Assembly (NCBI GenBank): GCA_963716745.1
Contig: OY970320.1
Coordinates: 2,336,001-2,400,000 of the forward strand
Source: an uncultured Gemmatimonadaceae bacterium
GTDB lineage: Bacteria; Gemmatimonadota; Gemmatimonadetes; Gemmatimonadales; Gemmatimonadaceae
DNA length: 64,000 nucleotides
Direction of reading: 5' to 3'
Below, one piece after another: positions 1 to 10,762 of the stretch. The position numbers and the translations under genes are program-made. Positions within the stretch are counted from its first letter, which is position 1. Every line of letters starts with the position of its first letter. Under the pieces are notes generated by a model, which saw only the letters and a program-made list of their open reading frames with translations, was not told the origin of the DNA and did no database searches.

Positions 1-7
1 ACCCCCG

Positions 8-30
8 TTGTCGCGCGACACTTTGCGACA
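8..30. promoter_or_regulatory. Right arm of upstream palindrome (TTGTCGCGCGACACTTTGCGACA), candidate enhancer (UAS) of RHS1
   Basis: Identical to 5161-5183 upstream of RHS2; ends about 61 nt before the sigma54 motif; left arm presumably lies off the window edge. Confidence 0.7.
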
Positions 31-90
31 GTGCCCTCCATCGGAAAACAAAACTCGTTGTGGCCGAGTGGCTTGGCGATGTGGAAGAGT

Positions 91-106
91 TGGCACCGGA
101 CGTGCT
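91..106 (+). promoter_or_regulatory. sigma54 -24/-12 promoter of RHS1
   Basis: TGGCACCGGACGTGCT: GG (92-93) and GC (104-105) at canonical spacing; same position as the motif upstream of RHS2. Confidence 0.7.
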
Positions 107-151
107 TAGTAGCGTGGCGAATGACTCCACCCTTCGCCATCGGAGCTGACA

Positions 152-3100
152 ATGTCGTCCTCCCCCAGGTCTGTTGCCTCCCGCCGGTTCCTGTCGCTCT
201 CAACGATGGCGGCCGCATTGATCATGCTCGCCGTACCCGCCCAACGGCTTGTCGCGCAGTGCTCCGGCCAACTGCAAACCATAAGCCCTTGCACAATATC
301 GTTTCGATACCCTACCAGCACGGTAGCGCAAGCCGTCAACTACTTGATCACCAATTCCAATCGCATCAATGCCGCGAGTTATAGTCTGACATGTACGCCT
401 TCTCCTTCGTCGTTGGCGAGTTGCTCCGTGCCGGGAGTCGTGGTCGTGCCAGCGGGCGGGAGCAAGGGATTTGCAATGCATTTTACCACGGGCAGCGCAG
501 GAGGCTCGGGAACCATTACCGTGTCCGCCTCGGGCGGCAATGACGACCTCAGTGCGACTGTGAATCTTACGGTGGACCCCATGTCGATCACGCCGAAGGG
601 GGCCGTAGCCGTCGACACACCCAGCACCGCCTACAAACAGATCTTTGTGGTCAGGAACACATCGTTCACGCCCGACACGTTGAACATTACCGTCAGCTGC
701 GACGCGGCCATTGCATCGACGTGCACGCGGAGCCCGACTTCGCTCATCCTCGGTGCGGGGACAAGCGCCAATGACACCGTGAGCTATACCACTCAGGGCG
801 AGAACAAGACCGGCTTGGTTCGCCTCATCGGCGTGATGAGCACCCACAGTACTGTGGCGGATACCGGCTGGGTCTCGGTCTCCGTCCCTGCGCCGCAACC
901 GCCCGTTGTCTCGGCGCTGCCCACGAACGGGGATAACCACGCCGCAGCGCTGTGTTTATTGCAATGCTTCGACATGGTGACGAGCTACAGCACGCCGTCG
1001 TATACAAGCCGCGACGAACCACGATCCGCGACGCTCGTATATAACTCGGCGCAGGCAGCGCCAATGGGTGAGGTCGCGTTTGATGTGACCGATCCGACGC
1101 TGCGAGCTCCGGTCATCTCATTGTCTTTGCAACGCCCGAATGGGAGCAACGTCACGTTTACGAACGGCAATACAGAGCTGTATTGGAATGACTCGATCCC
1201 CGGTGCGACGGCGCGCGTGAGCGCGCAATTCTATGACAGTACACTGACGACGGGAGTATACGATTACACGGCCATTGTGAAGCTGCGTTGGACCAAGCAC
1301 CTGGATAGCGGGACAGTCACGCAAACGAACGTCCCGGTGCAGGTCCTCATCGTGAATGAACGGGCCAGTGTGTACGGAGCCGGATGGTCCCTCGCAGGCG
1401 CGCAGCGCCTCTATTTCCCGGCACTACCCGACACCAACATGATCCTGGTGAGCGACGGAGAGGGAGGGCTGGCACGTTTCGCCCGCTGGGGGCCGCTCAC
1501 GGCCAATCCGGCTGCCGCGGACTTCAGCACGATCACGACCGTGAAGAGCGGCGGCACGATCACCGGGTATGTTCGCGGATATGCCGACAGCACGAACCTT
1601 CGGTTCTCGGCGACCGGCTACTTGCTGAGTGTGAAGAATCGCTTTGGCGACAGCACCCGCTATCACTATGATGCCTCGAATCGCGTTGACAGCATCATCG
1701 ATCCGGCAGGGAAGGCGTTGGTGCTCGCGTACAGCAGCAACAAGATCAGCACGATCACCGATCCCGGTGGACGCGTGAGCCAGTTCACGGTGAACGCGAA
1801 CGGCGACCTTGCCACGATCAAGGACCCGACCGGCGCCACCACGTTCACGGGCACGTACGACACCACATCCGCGCCGACTACCGCCAAGCGCCATCATCTG
1901 CTCCAGCGCACTGATCGGCGCGGGAGTTCCTGGATCGCGACATACGACTTTGCGGGCAAGATCGCAACCGACAGCACGCCGCCCGTCTATGCCGATAGCG
2001 CTACAAAGCGGATAGGGAAGAGGTATCAATCGCTAGAAGTCGCCCAGTTGATCGACCCTGGATCGGGGTTAGGAACCTCAACCACCAACTACGCTCCGGA
2101 GCTTATTTCGTCTAACGTTCGACTTCTCGTGACCGCGTCCAATGGCGACTTCATGAGGTACGCTGTGGATCGGTTCGGGGCATCGACTCTCGTCGAGCAT
2201 CCGTGGGGCCTATCCACCGAGACTATCACGCGGGACGCGAACTCGCTTCCTACGCGCGCTCTGTCGGTACTCAATGGAAAGACGCTCGTGAATCAGGTCG
2301 TGGTTTACTCCCTGAACGGATCGCCGATCACTCAGGTCGACAGTCTCACGAAGGGCACCACGACGATCAGCTACGATACCAAATACAATCTCGTGACCTC
2401 AGTGAGCGGAGCTGTTGCAACGGTCTTTGCCAACTTCCTGAATGCGACGAAGAGCTGGGTCGACAGCACGCGCTTCGGCGTGTGCTGCTCGGACAGCACA
2501 GTGATCTATGTGCATGACACCCATGGGCGCACGACTCTTGTCCGAGACCAACAGCGGGATAGCACCGTATATTCCTTCGCCGCCGACGCATCGTTCGGCA
2601 ATCTTCTGTCGATTCAATTCGGCAACCGCCTGACTCAGATTCGGTACGACGGATATGGCCGTGCCGTCCGAGTACTCAATCCGAAGCGCGACAGCCTTAC
2701 TGTTTCGCTTGACTCGCTGAACCGCGCGCGGTCGGTGACCGATCCGGAGGGCGCGGCGGTAACGTATGGCTACGATTCGCTCTATCTCAAGTCCGTAACG
2801 GATAGGAAGGGGCAAAGCTATTCATTCGCGCGAGATGCGCTCGGTTGGGTGGATACGCTCACGAATTCCAACTCTGGCGATTCATTGACGCATCGCCTCG
2901 ACATATTTTGGTACTCCGCGCGAGGCTCGACCATCGCGCACTTCGACCGGCAGACGCCGCGAGTCCGCACGAGCTTCACCTACGACTCTCTCGGAAGGTT
3001 GCACTCGCGAACTCTTGGAAACGGCCAAACGACTACTTATGCGTACGATCCGAGCGGGCTCTCGCGCGCAGCCTCCAACGGAGAGTCGATCGATACATTA

Positions 3101-4987
3101 TCCGCAGACAGCGCCGCGATGCATCGAATCCAAGTCACACACCGTGGGACCCACCGATACACGGTTGCTCTCACGGCTGATTCCGTCGGCTACTTACGAA
3201 CGGTCGCCACTACGGCCGATGGCTCTACGTTGAAATCGGTCGCTCTCGACTACGATCTCGTAGGCCGATTGGCCTCGCTCACCGTGGGCGGCAATCAGAC
3301 ATCTCTCTCCTACAATAGAGATGGTATCCTCACGCAGGTCGCTCTTCCTACCCTCCCTGTGTTCTACGTCTATGACTCGGTGACCGCGGGCCACATGCCG
3401 TTCAAGGCGGATTACTCGATTACCGCCCTCGATCAGGCGTTCGGTGCGATCTACACGAGAGACACTTTGGATCGTATCGTGCAGCGCACGAAAGTGGCCC
3501 TCGATACGAGTTGGACGTACGCCTACGGCAATCTTGGGCGACTGACGGCGTATCAGGCCCTGAGTGACACTTCTGCGGAGACGTGCACACCTGATCAATT
3601 TCACCAGGATGGCCAGATCTGCACGAGCGCGCACGGACAGAAGGTGATCACACAGTCGAATTTCACGTATGACTCCGTGGGGAACCGAACCGACAATAGT
3701 GCAGTGCTCATCGCCGGCAATCGACTCACGAGCTTCAATGGCTTCACGCTTTCGTACGACTACAATGGCAACCTGACACACAAGTCCACCACGGGCTTCG
3801 ATCAGTACTATTACTGGAACAGCATTGGTGAGCTCGACAGCGTCAAGACCTTGAGAAGTGGAGTCGTCGATAGCGTCAGCTTCGGCTACGATGGATTCGG
3901 GCGCCGGGTGCGGAAGAGTCATATCGGCCATACGCTGCGCTACGTCTACAACGGCGACGACGTGATGGCCGAGATCGACTCGGCGACGGGCGCGGCGGTG
4001 CGCGTCTATACGTACTATGGACCGGATGTCCCACACTCTGTGACAAAGCAGGGAAAGACCGAGTACTATTTGCAGGACTTCGCGGCTGGACACGTCGTTG
4101 CGCTGATCGACAGCAACCGGGTAGTACGCGAGCGTTATCGCTATGGCCCGTGGGGGCAAGCGGAGGATTCGATGATAGCGGACACGGTCGCTCAGCCATA
4201 CCGCTACGCTGGAGGCACCTACGACCCCGAAACGCAACTCTACTATTTCCGCGCGAGGTACTACGATCCAGCGTTAGCTCGCTTCATCTCCGAAGATCCT
4301 ATCGGTCTCGGTGGCGGCATCAATCAGTACGCATACGTGCAGGATCAACCCATCGACGCGAGTGATCTGAGTGGAATGGTAGTAATAAAGGCGTGCCCCT
4401 ACGCCTTGCCTGACGGATACTACGTGTGTCGCCTTCCGGGAGGGCAGCTACTCATCAACAACGCCTCGTCGGCTATCTCTGGTCTGATTGGGATGCCTGC
4501 CTGCCTCCCTGAGGATTTGGGATGCTGGTACCCAACCGGCGATGATTCGCCGAAGACGGGAACTGGGGATTCATTGATGGATGCGTCGCTGAAGTTTGAG
4601 AAGTGCTTGCGGGACGGCACGGATCCCACAGGCTGTATTCCACAACCGCCTTCGGTGTCTGTAGCGTGCGGTGGCGACACCGGGCAGTACTTGTTCCAGT
4701 GCGACTGGTGGGTGGTAACGATCGTGGAGGCTCCGATGTTTTTCGTTCCGACCGATCCCAAGGGTGCGAGCAAGCCTACATTGCCTTACGATCCGATTCT
4801 CAAGTGCGCGATGGACACCGCCTGTCCCGTAATAGGGGCGGCCTCTTCACCGAAGCGCTACGAGTCTAGCTTCCCTGCGATAACATCCTCCGCGACGGGC
4901 TACTGCTCTAACATTGAGGCACTCGCGGCGGGAGCGGCACTCATTTGGGAGAGGTTCAGTGCAATCCTCATGGCGTGTTCACAATAG
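152..4987 (+). CDS. Secreted RHS/YD-repeat protein (RHS1) with N-terminal Ig-like domains and Cys-rich C-terminal tip
   Basis: Signal peptide; Ser/Thr-rich beta domains; many YD repeats; core LYYFRARYYDP...RFISEDPIG...NQYAY...PIDASDLSG. Confidence 0.95.
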   Translation: MSSSPRSVASRRFLSLSTMAAALIMLAVPAQRLVAQCSGQLQTISPCTISFRYPTSTVAQAVNYLITNSNRINAASYSLTCTPSPSSLASCSVPGVVVVPAGGSKGFAMHFTTGSAGGSGTITVSASGGNDDLSATVNLTVDPMSITPKGAVAVDTPSTAYKQIFVVRNTSFTPDTLNITVSCDAAIASTCTRSPTSLILGAGTSANDTVSYTTQGENKTGLVRLIGVMSTHSTVADTGWVSVSVPAPQPPVVSALPTNGDNHAAALCLLQCFDMVTSYSTPSYTSRDEPRSATLVYNSAQAAPMGEVAFDVTDPTLRAPVISLSLQRPNGSNVTFTNGNTELYWNDSIPGATARVSAQFYDSTLTTGVYDYTAIVKLRWTKHLDSGTVTQTNVPVQVLIVNERASVYGAGWSLAGAQRLYFPALPDTNMILVSDGEGGLARFARWGPLTANPAAADFSTITTVKSGGTITGYVRGYADSTNLRFSATGYLLSVKNRFGDSTRYHYDASNRVDSIIDPAGKALVLAYSSNKISTITDPGGRVSQFTVNANGDLATIKDPTGATTFTGTYDTTSAPTTAKRHHLLQRTDRRGSSWIATYDFAGKIATDSTPPVYADSATKRIGKRYQSLEVAQLIDPGSGLGTSTTNYAPELISSNVRLLVTASNGDFMRYAVDRFGASTLVEHPWGLSTETITRDANSLPTRALSVLNGKTLVNQVVVYSLNGSPITQVDSLTKGTTTISYDTKYNLVTSVSGAVATVFANFLNATKSWVDSTRFGVCCSDSTVIYVHDTHGRTTLVRDQQRDSTVYSFAADASFGNLLSIQFGNRLTQIRYDGYGRAVRVLNPKRDSLTVSLDSLNRARSVTDPEGAAVTYGYDSLYLKSVTDRKGQSYSFARDALGWVDTLTNSNSGDSLTHRLDIFWYSARGSTIAHFDRQTPRVRTSFTYDSLGRLHSRTLGNGQTTTYAYDPSGLSRAASNGESIDTLSADSAAMHRIQVTHRGTHRYTVALTADSVGYLRTVATTADGSTLKSVALDYDLVGRLASLTVGGNQTSLSYNRDGILTQVALPTLPVFYVYDSVTAGHMPFKADYSITALDQAFGAIYTRDTLDRIVQRTKVALDTSWTYAYGNLGRLTAYQALSDTSAETCTPDQFHQDGQICTSAHGQKVITQSNFTYDSVGNRTDNSAVLIAGNRLTSFNGFTLSYDYNGNLTHKSTTGFDQYYYWNSIGELDSVKTLRSGVVDSVSFGYDGFGRRVRKSHIGHTLRYVYNGDDVMAEIDSATGAAVRVYTYYGPDVPHSVTKQGKTEYYLQDFAAGHVVALIDSNRVVRERYRYGPWGQAEDSMIADTVAQPYRYAGGTYDPETQLYYFRARYYDPALARFISEDPIGLGGGINQYAYVQDQPIDASDLSGMVVIKACPYALPDGYYVCRLPGGQLLINNASSAISGLIGMPACLPEDLGCWYPTGDDSPKTGTGDSLMDASLKFEKCLRDGTDPTGCIPQPPSVSVACGGDTGQYLFQCDWWVVTIVEAPMFFVPTDPKGASKPTLPYDPILKCAMDTACPVIGAASSPKRYESSFPAITSSATGYCSNIEALAAGAALIWERFSAILMACSQ

Positions 4988-5046
4988 GAATCAGTGCAGT
5001 TCCGACCGTAGGCGCATTGCGTAGGTAGGACCGTTAACAGACGCAA

Positions 5047-5084
5047 GAGCGACGTCGCGCGCGCAGTTCGCCGCGACGTCGCTC
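5047..5084. terminator. 13-bp GC-rich hairpin after RHS1, possible terminator
   Basis: GAGCGACGTCGCG / CGCGACGTCGCTC perfect stem; no clear U-tract. Confidence 0.35.
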
Positions 5085-5128
5085 GTGCCTTGTATCCGTG
5101 GCTGGAACGGTGGCCCGACCGCGCTGCG

Positions 5129-5185
5129 ATTGTCGCAAAGTGTCGCGCGACAACCGGGCTTTGTCGCGCGACACTTTGCGACAAT
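5129..5185. promoter_or_regulatory. Perfect 25-bp inverted repeat (7-nt spacer), candidate bEBP enhancer of RHS2
   Basis: ATTGTCGCAAAGTGTCGCGCGACAA-ccgggct-TTGTCGCGCGACACTTTGCGACAAT; multiple TGTCGC/GCGACA half-sites. Confidence 0.75.
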
Positions 5186-5244
5186 GGGACCGCGGCAAAA
5201 AATGAACTCCTTGCAGCCTAGTCACTTAGCGCAGTAACAGGTGG

Positions 5245-5260
5245 TGGCACTAAACCTGCC
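5245..5260 (+). promoter_or_regulatory. sigma54 -24/-12 promoter of RHS2
   Basis: TGGCACTAAACCTGCC: GG 5246-47, GC 5258-59; about 62 nt from the palindrome. Confidence 0.7.
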
Positions 5261-5301
5261 TTAGTGCAGAGCGACGACCCACACTCCATCAGGAGCCGGC
5301 C

Positions 5302-8300
5302 ATGTCGCTCAGCCATGTTCTTGCGCCTTTGTTCGCCGTCATTGCTGTGGTTCCGCCGACACCCCCGGCACCCGCGACCGCGCCGAGCAGTGCGCCGACG
5401 CCGACGCGCCTCTTCTTGTGCCCCGGGACGGTCGAGCAGCTGAGCCCCTGTACGGCTTCAGGGAGCACGACCACGAACAATCAGTTCCAAGAGGTATACG
5501 GGCTCTCGAACAACTCGATCGAGGATGATGACGTATCGATCGAGCTCTCCGGCCTGTCGAGCTCGATAGCGACGTGCACCTCGAACGTCCCCGACGTGAC
5601 CGTTCGATCGCATGGCGCCGCCAATTTCATCGTGACCTGCACAGGTGGCGCTGGCGGAGGCTCGGGAAATCTGACTGTCACTACCCTCGGCATCGCGGAA
5701 CTCACTTCCACCTTGACCGTGACGGTCACCGCCCCGAGCACCATTTCCGTGACTCCACAGACCACGTTGAACACCACGGCCCTTCCGAATACGGCTTACA
5801 AGCAGATCTACACCATCACCAATCTCTCCAGTACGGCAGTGAGCGATAGCACGTTCGTCACGTGCGACGCGGGCGAGACCTCGTGTTCGGTGAAGCCGAG
5901 AGTCCTATCGCTCGGCGGGAACGCCTCGGGAACGGATACCCTTTTCTATTCATCGGTTGGTTCAGGTACCAGCGGAACCGCGACCCACACGGCTAAAGTG
6001 ACCGGTCAACCGAACTCCGTTGCGACGAGCACGATCTCTGTGGCCGTGCCCGCTGCAATGGCGCCGAGCGTGGGTTCCTACCCGCAGAACGGCGACATTC
6101 GCTCGCCCGGGATGTGCGCTGTGTCCTGCCTCGATAAAGTCGCAGCGTTCAGCACGCCAGCATACACCAGCTATGACACCCCACGTTCCGTGACGCTCTT
6201 CTACTCGAGCGCACAGGCCGCGCCAATGGGAGAGGTCCAGCTGCAGGTTGCTAATGCGAGTGCGCGCCCTCCGAATCGAGATGTCGCTCCAGCTGCAGCG
6301 CCCCAATGCTAGCTTCGTGACGTTCACGAACGGCGCGAACGAGCTCTTTTGGAGCCAGCCCTCGACCGCTTTTTATAGGATTGGAGGGCAGTTCGACGCG
6401 AGTATGCTCACGACCGGGGTGTATAACTACACCGCCATCGTGAAGTCCCGCTGGACGCTGCACGGACCCGATAGCGGTACCGTTACGCAAACGACCGTGG
6501 CCGTGAAGGTATTGATCGTAAACGGGCGAAATGGATCTTACGGCACCGGCTGGTCGGTGGCGGGCCTGCACCGCCTTCGCTTCCCGGTTGCGCCGGACAC
6601 CCTCACGATCCTGGACACCAATGGGTCCGGCGGGATTGTGCGATTCACGCAGGCGTCGAAGAATGCGGTGGCTGTCCCAGCGGCGGCAGACTATACCACG
6701 ATCACCACCACACTGAGCGGATCGACCGTCACCGGCTATAAGCGGATCTTCCCGAGTGGCGACACGCTCTTCTACTCATCCACCGGCTACCTGATCCTCT
6801 CGAAGAACCGGCTTGGCGACAGCACGCGCTTCCACTACAACGCGAGCTCGTTGTTGGACAGCATCATCGATCCAGCGGGGAAGGCGGTGAAGCTGCTCTA
6901 TACGGGGAACGGGTTGTTCAGCATCACGGACCCTGGTGGCCGCGTGACCATGTTCAACATCGCCGCGGTCGGCGGCGATATGCAGAACATCACCGACGCA
7001 ACGGGCACGATCGCGTTCGCCGGGACCTACGATGCCTCACATCGCCTGACGCAGGCGATCGACCGGAGCGGCACGAACACGTGGCTGAGCCGCTACGACT
7101 TCGCCGGCAAGCTTGCATCGGACAGCACACCGGCCGTATGGGCGGATAGCACCACAGCCAGAATCGGCGGACGTTATCATTCGCTCCAATCGGCCTTCCT
7201 CATCGACCCCGCCTCTGGGAAGGGCACGGCAGCGAACGCCGCAACTCCCGTGCTGGAGGATAGCATTCGCGTGGCGGTCGTTTCGCCAAGCGGCGATTCT
7301 GTGCGATACGCCCTGGATCGGTACGGGGCACCGACGATCACCGACATGCCGAATCAGAAGACCACGATCGTGACCGCGCGGAACCCCGACGGCACGGTGT
7401 ATCACTCGATCACGACGGCGCGGGGAAGGGTGGTCTCCACGATCTGGACGTGGTGGGTCAACGGCCAGGTGATCACGACCACGGACAGCATCACAAACGC
7501 GACGATCGTCTATACATACGACAGTAAGTACGGTTTACTGACGGACGTCGGTGGGAATACGACTCCGGTAAAGAACTTCCTGAATCTGGCAAAGAGCTGG
7601 GTAGACAGCACCCGCACCGGAACGTGTGGCGCATGCACCGACAGTGTGACGCGGTACTCGCACGAATCGCACGGCCGGCTTAACAAACTCATCGATCCGC
7701 AGCTCGACACCACGGTGTACACTTTCGACACGGCGAGCGCAGGATTCAAGAATCTGCTCTCGACTCGGCAGGGCCCTCATACCACCACTCTCCGGTACGA
7801 CGGGTATGGTCGAGCAGTCCGTGTGATCAATGCGCGCGGAGACAGCGCGATCGTATCGCTCGACTCGCTCAATCGGACCAGGAATGTGAAGGGCCCGCAG
7901 GGCAGCATTGTGTCATACACTTACGACCCGCTCTTCCTGCGCACCGTCACGGACGCGAAGAGTCAGGTTTATTCGTACTATCGGAATGCGCTCGGCTGGA
8001 TGGACTCCGTGGTGAATGCGAACACCGGTGACCCGGCCGCTAATCGTGTGGATAAGTACGAGTACAGCAAGCTGGGGCTGACCAAGGCGCACATTAACCG
8101 TCGAGGTCAGCGCACGAGCATGACCTATGACCAACAGGGCCGCCTGCTCACGCTCAACCTTGCGGGTGGACGCGTCTCGAACTTCGCGTACGACACAGCG
8201 GGTCTCTGGGCGAAGGCCTGGAACGGAGAGTCGTTCGACAGTATACGCACGGACAGTACGGGCCTCTGGACGGTCCAGTACACGAAACGTGGGACGCACT

Positions 8301-10230
8301 GGTTCACGGACAGCTCCACGGTGGATATCACCGGTTTGCCGCAATCGTTCACCGTCAAGGGGGAGACCAGCACGTTGTCCGCCATCACGTATGGCTACGA
8401 CTCGAATCGACGTCTTAATTCGATGACGGTCGACGGTAAGCTCACGAGCTTTGTCCACAACCGCGATGGCATGCTGACTTCCCTGAGTCTCCCAACCTCA
8501 CCGCAGCAGACCATCGGTTTTTCAGTCACGCGCGGCCACGAGGACTATTCAGTAACGTACTCGAAGCCGCCGAACACTCTCTACGATCAGCTCGCTGCAT
8601 ATCTCAACTTTGACTCGCTCGGCCGGATCCGTCAGCGGATCAAGCTGCGCCAGGATACGACAAGGTCGTACGCGTACGATTCGGTCGCGCGACTGACCAA
8701 TTATCAGGTCTTGCAGGACACCTCGGCATTGAGCTGCCTCGTCGATGCCGCGGGCTTCGCGGGAGAGCGTTGCACGAGCGCGCACGGCGAGAAAGTCCTT
8801 TCTCAAACGACGTTCACATACGACAGCGTCGGAAACCCGACCGATGGCGGGGCGACAGTCATAGCCGGCAATAGATTGACGGCGTACAATGGCTACACTC
8901 TCACGTACGACTACGACGGCAACCTGACACATAAGCACAGTTCGACGTTCGACCAGCTTCTCTACTGGAACAGCATCGGGCAGCTCGACAGCGTGAAGAC
9001 GGGTACATCGCTAGTCAGCTATGGCTACAATGCAATGGGCCGTCGCGTACGCAAGACCACGGCGACCCAGTCTCTACGCTACATCTACGCCGGCAGTCAG
9101 ATGATCGCCGAGATAGATTCGGCCACCAATAGCGCGGTTCGGGTGTACTCCTATTACGGCACGGAGCCCCCCACAGCGTGAAAACAGCCACGGGTACCTA
9201 CTATTACATATCGGAAATGGGAACAGGTCACGTCGTCGCGCTGATCGACAGCCTCAATGTGGTGAAGAATCGGTACCGCTATAGCCCGTTCGGCCAGCTC
9301 GAGGATTCGAGCGAGACGATTCTTCAATCCGATCCGCTTCGCGGGCCGCGAATACGATGCGGAGACCCAACTCTACTTCAATCGCGCGCGATACTACGAC
9401 GCGAAGTCTCCGTCGGTTCGTGTCGGAGGACCCCATCGGCCTCGGCGGCGGGATAAACCAGTATGCGTACGCGAGCAATGACCCGATCAATCATCGGATC
9501 CGTGCGGTCTATTCTGACTGTTGGACCTCGACAGGAGTGCCCCGCCAACTAGGCGTCGAAACAGACGGCAGCTGCAGTGCATGGCGGCAGCGCGGGCGGC
9601 GGGGGCGGTGGTGGTGGCGGCGCCGGCGGGGATGGTGGACACTACGATTACGAATCAACCTACCACGAAGGCGGAGCTGTTGTGGTAGGCAATACTGGTG
9701 GTATTGGGGCCTGTAACCCAAATGTAATGGTGGGCGCAGATTACAAATGGTGCAATTCTAGCGGCGGACTGGTCGCGGGGGTCAACGGATACTGGACCTC
9801 TACTCTGGCCTGGGTTGCCAATGGTGGAACAATGTCAATGCCGCAGCCAATGAGTGGCGGCGGGGGCGGCGGTGGTGGTGGAGCCGACGGAAGTTCCCCG
9901 GCGTCTAGAGAGACGTTTGGGCAATGCCTGCTCAATAAGAACAAAGGCCTCGCGACAGACTTGTTGGTGGCGACAGGCATCGTTACGCCGATTGCGTACG
10001 GCATGTCGGTGGAATCAGGCGGGGCCGCCGCAGGCGCTATCGGAACTGGCGTCGCTAGGGGGCTCGGAACATTCGGTATCAGGACTCTCGTCGCGGAGGG
10101 CGCGACGGCGGCGACGGAGGGCGCTGCGGTCGCTGCTGGCGGGGCCGCACTTGCTGGCGCTGGATTCATTGCGTCGATTGTGCTAGTTACAGAGGCTGTC
10201 TTGGCGGTGGAGTGTGCGAACCACTGGTGA
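5302..10230 (+). CDS. Secreted RHS/YD-repeat protein (RHS2), paralog of RHS1, split by several frameshifts; Gly/Ala-rich hydrophobic C-terminal tip
   Basis: ORFs 5302-6312, 6248-9181, 9178-9456, 9357-9716, 9577-10230 are collinear with RHS1 (STPAYTS..PRS.TL.Y.SAQAAPMGEV; RRFVSEDPIGLGGGINQYAY). Confidence 0.9.
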
Positions 10231-10274
10231 AGGCTGGTTCGCACCAGCCACTAGCACCTTCGAGGACGGAGGAG

Positions 10275-10577
10275 ATGAGTCCAACAAGCATGAACGATCC
10301 TGACCAGAAGGGTATTAGTGCCGCGAGCCGATTGGGTACCAATGCTCGGCCGATTGCGATTGGTGCGTTCGCGGGGTTCATCGCAGGAGTACTGCAGGTC
10401 GCGAGAGAGATCTATCATCACGACTTCGTCTCGTCGAGTTTGGAGCCGGGCGCACTGCCCCCGGTATTGCGGTCCGTTGGACTCATTCTATTCGCGATTG
10501 CCGTCGGGGCAGTCGTTTATCCACTCTTGATGGCGGGGTTGCAAGCCGTCGCGCGGAGGTCCGCGCGACCTCGATGA
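10275..10577 (+). CDS. Small 2-TM membrane protein, candidate immunity protein for the RHS2 tip
   Basis: Directly downstream of RHS2; two hydrophobic segments (IAIGAFAGFIAGVLQV; VGLILFAIAVGAVVYPLLMAGL). Confidence 0.55.
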   Translation: MSPTSMNDPDQKGISAASRLGTNARPIAIGAFAGFIAGVLQVAREIYHHDFVSSSLEPGALPPVLRSVGLILFAIAVGAVVYPLLMAGLQAVARRSARPR

Positions 10578-10762
10578 ATGGGCATCGCAGAGGCTTGGTT
10601 GTCGGGGGCACGCGGCATCGCTGGAGTAGCGATAACGCATTTCGAACGTCGCCTGAGCCGGCGCGCATTCCTAGAATGTGCGAAGGCGTCAACTGTTCTT
10701 GTTAGTACGGCCCTTTACGATCGCTTGCGCGGGGCCGTTCTCGATTCCCGAATCCCGAGCCG

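Noticed and set aside
5302..10230. RHS2 as a pseudogene or programmed frameshift
   Set aside because: Essential genes nearby show the same indel pattern and no slippery motif is evident; assembly error is more likely.
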